Virus record (IMG/VR): IMGVR_UViG_3300004112_000023 | Location: 1 to 25,607 of that record | DNA length: 25,607 nt | Source: a virus | Taxonomy: Duplodnaviria > Caudoviricetes | Strand: one strand, 5' to 3' | Shown here: positions 16,144 through 24,100 of the stretch, piece after piece | How the letters are laid out: every line of letters begins with the position of its first letter | Numbering within the stretch: position 1 is the first letter of the stretch | Notes under the pieces: model-generated | The model's input: the letters and a program-made list of their open reading frames with translations, nothing else | What the model was told of the DNA's origin: nothing | The model's database searches: none | Position numbers and translations under genes: made by a program

Positions 16144-16347
16144 ATGACAGACATGAAACTACCTCCGAACATCGGTGAGCGCCTGGTCGTCCACGGTATG
16201 CAACAGAAGGCCGTCGTGGAGTCTGTGGAATGGGTGCCGGAGTCTGCAGACTGGCGCATCACCTTGGACTGGGGTGAATTCGGCAAGTCTAGGACGTGGG
16301 TTCGACACGAAGGCCGAGTGTGGTACAGGTGGAGTACAAATAATTAG
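16144..16347 (+). CDS. Small Trp-rich hypothetical protein
   Basis: PPNIGERLVV..WRITLDWGEFGKSR..W; fills the gap before the convergent operon. Confidence 0.65.
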   Translation: MTDMKLPPNIGERLVVHGMQQKAVVESVEWVPESADWRITLDWGEFGKSRTWVRHEGRVWYRWSTNN

Positions 16348-16352
16348 GTGTT

Positions 16353-16667
16353 TCAGCGACTCAACACCGTGTCCACTGTGACGTCGATGAGAGGATTCCC
16401 GCTGGGATTGGGAGTGTTCTTTTGCTGCCCCGTCCAGAACTCGTAGGACATGCCTACAACGTAGTATCCTCTGAATCTGTACGTCGGGACGACTGAAGCG
16501 ACGCCTGCGTCGAATGCGTCCTTGTCAGAGTCCCTAAATGAGTTCAGCTGTGCCTCGATGTTAGCAGATTTTATAGCAGAAGAGTCTATGTACATCTGTA
16601 TGTCGCTGGGAGGCAACGACAACACGGGTTCTAGATCGACCAGGTTCGCGTAATCGTTACCAGGCAT
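16353..16667 (-). CDS. Hypothetical protein, probably virion-associated
   Basis: Starts 3 nt after the stop of the 397-aa gene. Confidence 0.65.
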   Translation of the reverse strand: MPGNDYANLVDLEPVLSLPPSDIQMYIDSSAIKSANIEAQLNSFRDSDKDAFDAGVASVVPTYRFRGYYVVGMSYEFWTGQQKNTPNPSGNPLIDVTVDTVLSR

Positions 16668-16670
16668 ATA

Positions 16671-17864
16671 TCAACCTATGCTAAAGTTTCTGCCTGTCCT
16701 CACCTGAGGTGAGGTATTTGGCGCATCACCGTCCCACGGTATTATGAGCTTAGGATCGTTAAGCGTCTGTCTTCCAAATGCTGCGGAAGAAGACAATGTT
16801 GAAACGCTATTAGAATTCATGCCGTTACCATAAGAAAGGTGCCTCACCTGACCCAAGATACCTGCATCAGTTGACTCCTTGACGGCAGCCCACACAGGAT
16901 AGTTGTCGAAAGATCCACTAAGAACAAAGTTATTGTAGCCCAATGACTGATCAATTGCCACAGTGACGAACGCCATTATTCTAGAGCCTGACAATAGGTC
17001 AGGGTGTGATATTGCACCGTAAGGAACGGCCTGAGTAGACGTCCTGTTGATAGATCCCAGTGTGCTACCGTAGAAAGCTCCCCATGGCTGATAACCAGTG
17101 TCCTGACCGCTCGTAAAGAAGAAATAAGGGCTCTCTGGGTACGGAGTTGAACCTGAGCGAGGTAGGTAAGGACCGAAGTGGACGACCTTTTGATTTCCGT
17201 CATTGCTTTGGTCGGTTATGATAGTGATGCTGTCTTCAGACAGTATCGTGTGCATTCTTAAGGGAGGCGTACCCTGATACGAAACTCCTACAAGGTGATC
17301 TCTGCTCCCAGAGTTCTGACCCGATATACCATTCGTACGTGGGAAGAAGGCGCCCTTTCCTTCAGAATTTAGCTTCCATATCAAAGATGTGTTGATGTCA
17401 GCATTTTCTCCATAGGTCCCATTCCATGGCCCGTTTACGTCGGGGTATGTGTCTGTCACCGAACCACTGGGATGTACAGCAAAGGCTATTCCTATATTGG
17501 TTAGAGGGGCCCCGGTGCCGACGTTGCTTTCTTCTATGTAAACAGAGCCTGTGTGATTAGGACTAAAATAAGATCCGGTATTTTCATAGATCAGGCAATC
17601 GAACTTTCCGAAAGATGAAGAGTGGAATCTGAAACATACAAATGAGTTGGTACCTGTCGGACCCGTCTCATCCCAAAAATTCCAGCCCGTACCTCCATTC
17701 CCGTACCTCCATGCCAGCATCTCTATACCAAGGTCTGACATGCTAGAAGAAATGTGCTGCACCAGGTTCACATACATCTCTCCACCAGCACGGTTTGACG
17801 TGCTAACACTGTCTTGGACGGTAGGGTTTAGATAACTATCTACTCGCGCTCTGTACTTTGTCAT
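16671..17864 (-). CDS. Putative virion structural protein (Gly/Ser/aromatic-rich, SGS motifs)
   Basis: 397 aa, beta-rich composition; ATACTTA motif on the minus strand at 17880-17886. Confidence 0.65.
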   Translation of the reverse strand: MTKYRARVDSYLNPTVQDSVSTSNRAGGEMYVNLVQHISSSMSDLGIEMLAWRYGNGGTGWNFWDETGPTGTNSFVCFRFHSSSFGKFDCLIYENTGSYFSPNHTGSVYIEESNVGTGAPLTNIGIAFAVHPSGSVTDTYPDVNGPWNGTYGENADINTSLIWKLNSEGKGAFFPRTNGISGQNSGSRDHLVGVSYQGTPPLRMHTILSEDSITIITDQSNDGNQKVVHFGPYLPRSGSTPYPESPYFFFTSGQDTGYQPWGAFYGSTLGSINRTSTQAVPYGAISHPDLLSGSRIMAFVTVAIDQSLGYNNFVLSGSFDNYPVWAAVKESTDAGILGQVRHLSYGNGMNSNSVSTLSSSAAFGRQTLNDPKLIIPWDGDAPNTSPQVRTGRNFSIG

Positions 17865-17897
17865 GTTTCTTTTCTCTCTTAAGTATCGTGTCTTGCT

Positions 17898-19232
17898 TCA
17901 AGTGATGACCAATTTGGAGCTCTTACATATGGCGTTCAAGCTTGATCCCGTAGGTGTACACCAGACTCTCGCCTCGATGATCCCGGAGCTCGCGGCGAGC
18001 GATAGTTGAGCCGTCACGTCTGCTGATAGATACGTGTATGACTGTGAAGACCCAGTCAGGACGGATCCCGCGATCGGGCCAGGAGTTCCGTTTATGATTC
18101 CGTCGTAGTCGTACAGCTCGATGTACGCTGTGGTCCCGGCGGTTGCGGCGAGCACAGACTTGAACGTGTAAGTATTTCCTGGATTCAGAGCCTGATCGAG
18201 GTAGTCTATCCCCACGGACTCCTTCGATCCCGAGCCCGCGGGCGACGACAGCGTCCCCGCCAAGAATTGAAGGTTGTACGACCCGCCGCCGCCACCAGAC
18301 GAAGCCACGGTCACCTGTCCGTTTGTCCCCGACGTGATCGTGATGTTCGTGCCCGCGACGAGGTAAGACGATCCGTCCGACAGTTTGGTCAGAGAGCCGC
18401 TCAGGCCCTCCGTCGCGACGACTCCCCCAGTGACCTCCAGATCGCCGACGAGGAACATCGATCCCGTCATCTCCATGACGTCTCCAGCTATGCTTAGAGA
18501 TCCCGTCAAGGTGAGAGAACCCGTGATGTAGGTCGATCCCGTTATCTCGAACACGTCTCCCGTGATGTCGAGGCCGTTGTGGACGACGAGGTTTCCACTC
18601 ACCACGGTGTCTCCGCCGAAGAGAGCCTTGTGGTCATCGGGAGACGAGGAAGTGATTGAACCGCTCACGAAGAAAAAGACGTCGTCTCCGAGCTCACTTG
18701 CATATCTGTTGTCTGTGTCAACAGAAACTGAGTATATCGTCTTTGCTTCTAGCGGAGATGTCGAAGACGTAAAGATGGAGCTTCCTGCTCCTGCAAATTT
18801 TACCCATGAGAGACTCGTTGTTCCGACGGTGATGGGATCAGGTGTCACGAGAACAAATGCGCAGTCACCATTTGTCACTCCACTTTCTACAAATACCGCA
18901 GCAGCTGACGTGAGAGCTGGGTCCACAGCATCGTCAGATCTTATGAGGTCACCAAGACCGACGTCGTAGTAGTAGATGCCGTTTTCAGAAGCAGTCGTCT
19001 GGTCCTTCACGAGGACACGATCATCTGGAAGCAGTGTATAGCCGTCGATCGAAGCTGGTGCTGGTGAGAGAGCAATATTTGCCGTAGTCGCTACTCTAAC
19101 GGAGTGCTTCCAATCTAGACCATTGATCACAGTTTCCGACGGGCCGCTTCCCATTAGCGATTCAAAACGAGGTTGTGGTCGGAAGAACGAGTAGATCTTT
19201 CTATACCTCTGTGCATCTTTAATTGTGGCCAT
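17898..19232 (-). CDS. Tail fibre-like protein
   Basis: GLDWK.SVRVATTANI.LS...IDG.TL...DRVLVKDQT.ASENGIY module, repeated [ILM]TGS beta repeats, LSGSLTKLSDGSSYLVAG. Confidence 0.85.
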   Translation of the reverse strand: MATIKDAQRYRKIYSFFRPQPRFESLMGSGPSETVINGLDWKHSVRVATTANIALSPAPASIDGYTLLPDDRVLVKDQTTASENGIYYYDVGLGDLIRSDDAVDPALTSAAAVFVESGVTNGDCAFVLVTPDPITVGTTSLSWVKFAGAGSSIFTSSTSPLEAKTIYSVSVDTDNRYASELGDDVFFFVSGSITSSSPDDHKALFGGDTVVSGNLVVHNGLDITGDVFEITGSTYITGSLTLTGSLSIAGDVMEMTGSMFLVGDLEVTGGVVATEGLSGSLTKLSDGSSYLVAGTNITITSGTNGQVTVASSGGGGGSYNLQFLAGTLSSPAGSGSKESVGIDYLDQALNPGNTYTFKSVLAATAGTTAYIELYDYDGIINGTPGPIAGSVLTGSSQSYTYLSADVTAQLSLAASSGIIEARVWCTPTGSSLNAICKSSKLVIT

Positions 19233-19403
19233 CTGGTTTGTATTCCTGCGGACATTAACGTCCGTCTTCGTCGTCGTTTAAGTATCGACGAAGTCACAAA
19301 CAACCTTCAACGAAGTCCTAGAGTTTAAACAGAATACATTGGTCGCCTAATGTGATAAATAAGATACACCTCAATCTTGAGGTGACACATAGGAGAAATA
19401 AAA

Positions 19404-19631
19404 ATGAAGTCATTAGTCCTCGCAGTATTCGCCGTCGTTGCTCTCATTGCCTGTGATTCATCAGTCAAGGCACCCGCGGATGCTTCATCAGCTGCTGCAC
19501 CTGTTGCTGTTGAGAGCTCTGTGCCTGAGGCAGCGCCGACAGCTGCAGCATCGGCGCCGGTTGCAGATGTTGCACCATCAACATCGGCCTCCGCGGTTCC
19601 TGCGCCGTCTGAGACTCCTGTCAAGAAGTGA
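19404..19631 (+). CDS. Ala/Pro/Ser-rich lipoprotein
   Basis: MKSLVLAVFAVVALIA-C lipobox; AGGAG RBS; low-complexity mature part. Confidence 0.8.
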   Translation: MKSLVLAVFAVVALIACDSSVKAPADASSAAAPVAVESSVPEAAPTAAASAPVADVAPSTSASAVPAPSETPVKK

Positions 19632-19643
19632 TTTGACATGAGA

Positions 19644-19663
19644 GACGAGGTATAATCCTCGTC
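19644..19663 (+). promoter_or_regulatory. Inverted repeat enclosing a TATAAT box
   Basis: GACGAGG-TATAAT-CCTCGTC, 4 nt upstream of the tRNA-like gene. Confidence 0.55.
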
Positions 19664-19667
19664 GTAT

Positions 19668-19739
19668 GACCCGTCAGTTTCGCGGCACGGAATACCTGGT
19701 TTTAACTGGGAGGAAGGGGCTCGACACCCCTACGGGTTC
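19668..19739 (+). ncRNA. tRNA-like RNA with 6-nt anticodon loop (Glu-like body)
   Basis: Acceptor GACCCGT/ACGGGTT; D arm GTTTC/GGAAT; anticodon stem CCTGG/CTGGG with loop TTTTAA; T arm AGGGG-CTCGACA-CCCCT. Confidence 0.75.
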
Positions 19740-19741
19740 CT

Positions 19742-20203
19742 ATGTCTGACAGGAAAGTGATTGATAGCTTCACCATAGCGTCAGGTCATGCTTTCCTGTC
19801 TAATTTTCATCCTAGCACAATCTACGTTGACGGCAAGTCTTACAAGACGATTGAGCATGCCTATCAGGCACACAAGACTCTCGTCGAAGCCGAGCGCGAT
19901 GTCGTGAGGAGTGCTAAAACTCCTGCCGAAGCGAAGAAGCTCGGCAGGTCAGTGCAGATGCGGCCTGATTGGGACTCTGTCAAGGTCGACCTCATGCGAT
20001 CGTTTGTCCGCAAGAAATTTGAGAGTCCCTTTCTCGCGCAGCTCTTGATAAATACTAATGATGATGAACTCATCTATGGAAACACTTGGAACGACAAGTT
20101 TTGGGGAGTGTGTAAAGGCTCTGGTCAGAACTGGCTTGGCATTATCTTGATGGAGGTGAGAACAGAGTTGCGACACAGCGTTAAAGAAACGGACATGGGA
20201 TAG
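19742..20203 (+). CDS. NADAR (YbiA-like) family protein
   Basis: FLSNF, YKTIEHAYQA.K, AKKLGR, RPDWD.VK, KF...L..LL.T, D.FWG, GQNWLG.ILMEVR. Confidence 0.95.
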   Translation: MSDRKVIDSFTIASGHAFLSNFHPSTIYVDGKSYKTIEHAYQAHKTLVEAERDVVRSAKTPAEAKKLGRSVQMRPDWDSVKVDLMRSFVRKKFESPFLAQLLINTNDDELIYGNTWNDKFWGVCKGSGQNWLGIILMEVRTELRHSVKETDMG

Positions 20204-20226
20204 CTTTCACTTAGTCAGGAGCGGTT

Positions 20227-20628
20227 ATGTCGACGAGCGCACAGAAGCAAGTCATTTTAGTAAGGCGGGACTTGAAGATGAAGAGAGCGGCAGTTGCGGC
20301 TCTCGTCGCTAAGGCATCCGCAGAATTCTTTATAGACAACGATGAATCTTCTCGAGGTGATAAACTGACAGTAAGCCTGACACCTCAAGAGACGGAATGG
20401 CTGAGCAGCGGATCCACTAGAATTGTTTTGGGTGTCCCCACAGAAGGTGCTCTCAGAACATTAACTTTTAAAGCAGAAGTAGCAGGAATCCAGTGTTATC
20501 CTGTATTCGGCAAGTCATCAGGTGATTTTGTTGACTCTGAGAGCTTCTCAGAGGCTTTATGCGTTGCAATCGGCCCAGATGAGTCTGACAAGATAGATGA
20601 AATCACTGGTGGTCTCAAGTTATTTTGA
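20227..20628 (+). CDS. Peptidyl-tRNA hydrolase 2 (Pth2)-fold protein with degenerate catalytic motifs
   Basis: KQVILVRRDLKM, W...G..IVL.V..E..L, CVAIGP....IDEITGGLKL present; GKxAAQxxH and DAGxT absent. Confidence 0.85.
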   Translation: MSTSAQKQVILVRRDLKMKRAAVAALVAKASAEFFIDNDESSRGDKLTVSLTPQETEWLSSGSTRIVLGVPTEGALRTLTFKAEVAGIQCYPVFGKSSGDFVDSESFSEALCVAIGPDESDKIDEITGGLKLF

Positions 20629-20640
20629 CTTTCACACAAG

Positions 20641-20669
20641 TGTAAAGACCTGATCAAGATGTGTATATT
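20641..20669 (+). promoter_or_regulatory. Putative class-1 promoter
   Basis: TGTAAA-N17-TATATT. Confidence 0.65.
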
Positions 20670-20752
20670 CTAAACACGGTCAGATGGTTTCATTAGTCCG
20701 TTGATCAATGACTCTGTCAACAAGGCTGCGTTTGCAAATTCCAAGGAGTAAT

Positions 20753-21031
20753 ATGGTAAACAGTGTAATGACTTTTCTGGTTGTCTCTTTTCTTTTTCTT
20801 GTTGCTTGCGGAGATGATAGTGGCACCACAAGTTCAGGAACTAGTGGAGGCACAGGTGGTCTAGGACAAGGTGGTTCTACTACTACAGTTGGCGGGGCAC
20901 CTGGAACTGGTGGGGGTGCACAGAGTTCAGATGCAACTACAGGTGTAGGTGGATCTACTAGCTCGTCGACAGGGGGTGGCGACGCCACCACAGGCGTCGG
21001 TGGCGGTACCGGCGGTCAGGGCGGAGTCTGA
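20753..21031 (+). CDS. Gly/Thr/Ser-rich lipoprotein (myxobacteria-style)
   Basis: AAGGAG RBS; MVNSVMTFLVVSFLFLVA-CGDDSG followed by GGTGG repeats and no folded domain. Confidence 0.8.
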   Translation: MVNSVMTFLVVSFLFLVACGDDSGTTSSGTSGGTGGLGQGGSTTTVGGAPGTGGGAQSSDATTGVGGSTSSSTGGGDATTGVGGGTGGQGGV

Positions 21032-21036
21032 AATAC

Positions 21037-21058
21037 GGAAGTCCCCACGAGGACTTCC
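21037..21058 (+). other. Stem-loop between lipoprotein gene and tRNA
   Basis: GGAAGTCC-CCACGA-GGACTTCC, no U tract. Confidence 0.6.
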
Positions 21059-21062
21059 ACAC

Positions 21063-21139
21063 CCACCCCTAGCTCAATCGGTCAGAGCAGCGGTCTCATA
21101 AACCGCGGGTTTACGGTTCAAGTCCGTAGGGGTGGACCA
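21063..21139 (+). tRNA. tRNA with CAT anticodon (probably Ile2/lysidine, otherwise elongator Met)
   Basis: CCACCCC/GGGGTGG-A-CCA; GCGGT-CT CAT AA-ACCGC; paired 1:72 and no GGG/CCC stem exclude fMet; C4-G69 and C5-G68 fit a TilS substrate. Confidence 0.93.
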
Positions 21140-21174
21140 AAGGAATCTGGTGGAAATCAGGTTCCTTTTTCTTT
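21140..21174 (+). terminator. Intrinsic terminator after tRNA
   Basis: AAGGAATCTGGT-GGAA-ATCAGGTTCCTT followed by TTTCTTT. Confidence 0.8.
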
Positions 21175-21198
21175 AGGTCCAAATACAATGGTGACATC

Positions 21199-24100
21199 AT
21201 GAATCGCAAGCTGTTCTCGGTGTTTCTGTTTCTTGTTGCTTTTGTTACGACTTTTTGTGCTTCCTTGACTGTTCGGGCTCAGTTCACACCTCCTCTGGAC
21301 AGCAAGGCCAAGATACCTAATGTGCTTCTCCTCGTGGACTCAAGCGGTTCCATGACTTGGGCACTGGATGGAACCAACGCAGACTGTAAGGACGAGCTCA
21401 ATCCGAAGAAGGCAAGGTACACCATCCTCGGTGAGGTTCTCACAGGAACTGTAGACGACCTCGATTGTTGGTCAGCCAACGATCCGTTGAACATCGATGG
21501 GCCGCCTGTTCCCCTCATGTCCAACTCGGAGAGACACCAACCAGGTGGTCAAAACTGCGTTCCAACTCTCAACCTCGATCCGGACATCATCAACTCTCTC
21601 AAGGCCAATCCCCTCGGTTGGCCATACGAGGCGGCGGACAAGGACAACTCTTCATCGATCACCTATTGCGGAGGTAAGACCGCCATGAAGTTCGCACGTT
21701 GCTTCTCCTCCTCAGGTTGGAGCAACCGTGATGTCTGCACCAAGGCCACCATCGGTTGGAACCAGGCCGCAGATGGCCTCATCGACACGTACGGTACGAA
21801 GATTCGTTTTGGAATGGCATCGTTTGATTCCCTTTCGTTTCCAGGTTACACAACTCTGTATTCCAACAAGAACATGGCATGGTGGACCCCCGAGACCGGA
21901 GGTCCAATCGCATTTGTTTATGACAATTTGTGCAGAAATGGAACCAAAGGTTCCTACTGCCTTCGATACATTCCTCCTTTTCTATACTATGACATCGGTG
22001 AGTGGTCCTATTGGCACGGTGGCGGATCTGACTTATCTTCCACCTGGTTGACAGGTAATCGAACGGCAACCTTGTTTCCCACTACAAACTTCGTAGGTGG
22101 AACGGTTCATCCCTTCATTGACTCCGACGTCGGCATTCGTAATCCACGTGCCTTACCACACAAGGGTCGTCTCATCGGTTTTGGACACCCCGATGCAACG
22201 GTAACAGATACACAGGCCCACAACGACATGGTTCAGGACTCCATCCTCGGCCTATCGTTGAACCTCGAGCACTCCACACCGTTGGCTGCCATGCTTCGTG
22301 ACACCTACGAGTTCATCTCCAGCGATACAACCTCGCTAGGTGCCACCATTCCACATCCCAACACTGCCGCACCGGTCACGGTCAACATCGGACCGAAGAC
22401 AGATCCGTATTTCTCCAGTACCCCACGGTGTAGGGACACAATGATCGTGTTGATCTCAGACGGTGAACCCAGCAACGACATCAACGACAGGCCATCATAT
22501 TGGACAGGCAGAACGGCCTTGGAGCAAGATGTCGATACCCTGGTCCTCGGCATCGGACTCGACTCGGCTCGTTGGAATCCCGGAACAGGACCGGTCAGCG
22601 TCAAGTGTGACTCACTCACGCCCAACGATTACAGTGATGCACCCACATCCACGGTCATGTGCACACGTTCATCCGGCCTCGGTTGGAAATACGCCGATGT
22701 CTCTCCTCACAACAACGGCATCACCGATCCGGACAAGTCGGCCATCCGTGCCTGTTGTAACCTACTTGAAATCGCCATCAATGGTGATCCAAACAACAAG
22801 TACGGACAGACACCATACTTCCCAAGCAACCAGGCCGAATTCAAACAGGCCCTCGATGGAATCCTGAAATCTGCAGCCGGAACCACGGTGAGCAGAACGG
22901 TGCCAGTATTCGCAAACATCACATCAACATTCCAACCAGGAAACTCTCCGGCGGCCTACTACGAACTACGTTCTGCACTCATTCCCACAGCTCGGCCGAC
23001 TGCCGGAACCTTGGAACGTGTCAGGTATGCCTGCAATAACTCGGCAGAACCGGTACGCCAGACGGTCGAGGAGACCCTAGGTGATTCTTTCCATAAAAAC
23101 ATGGATTTCCCAACGGTCAATTACCCAAGAAAATTCTTCACCGCGGTTCCATTGAAGGTGGGTGGTGTTGTGAAACCAATGTGGACTGTAAGACCTTCAC
23201 CGGTCACCGAGGATTGGTTGACAGGTTCTCCTTCCACCACCGGAAACTTCGTGAGGCTCAATGGTTCGGCACCTGATCTGACTCCACCTCACACCGGTGA
23301 CACAACCGTTGCGATCGATGGCCTGACCACCGCTATCAACACGATCTCTGGTGGGCCTACGGCGGCTGAGTTGCTCAACATTACGGGAACTGATGCATCG
23401 ACCTGTCTCAGTCAGGTAGGAACGAACAGTGTCACCGAGTGTGCCAAGAGGGTGCTGCAATGGTATGGTGGTTCTTCCACCACATATCCTCTATCCGGTG
23501 GAAAACAATCACCTTCTCGTGATCCATCGGTGTGTGGTGGTTGGGATAAGTGTGGGCCATTGGGTGCCATCCTTAGATCCAGTCCGGTGATTGTTTCACC
23601 TCCTGAACCCAATGCGGCGGAGCAATCGTACTCAAACGGTGGGGATTCATTCTATGCCCAGGAGAAATCCAGGCCTACCATGTTGTATGCTCAAACCATC
23701 GATGGAATGTTGCATGCCTTCGTGATGTCAAAGAATGCCAACCTACCTGATCCATATGGGGGTGTTCCAACCGTGGATAAGCTGGAGAATAACGAGCTGT
23801 GGGGCTTCATTCCTCCGGCTGTTCTTCCACAGATTTGGCCTAACTTCAAGGTGGAAGCTAGATTGTTGGATGGACCGTTGGCGGTGGGAAATGTGGTGTT
23901 CTCCCGTTCGGAGGCACAGACCGCCGAGGGTGATGCCGGAGCTTCAGGGTTCAGGACCGTGTTGGTGGGTTCGTCAGGTTATGGAGAGACAGGGTTCTAC
24001 TATGCCCTTGATGTCACCAACCCAATGTCACCACGCTTCCTGTGGCAACTGGTCAACTCTGCAGGTGGTGGTGTGATGTTCGGTAAGGTGCTACCAGGAG

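Noticed and set aside
19633-19656. Perfect TTGACA and TATAAT hexamers as a canonical sigma70 promoter
   Set aside because: The spacer is only 12 nt; only the -10 box is retained as plausible
19695-19711. Ochre (TTA) suppressor tRNA and stop-codon recoding
   Set aside because: A 7-nt TT-TTA-AC loop register leaves the stem unpaired; recognisable genes end normally at TAA, TAG and TGA, so there is no sign of an alternative code
20676-20745. Riboswitch in the lipoprotein leader
   Set aside because: Only weak hairpins (ACGG/CCGT, GTTGA/TCAAC) and no recognisable aptamer consensus; an Rfam scan would be needed
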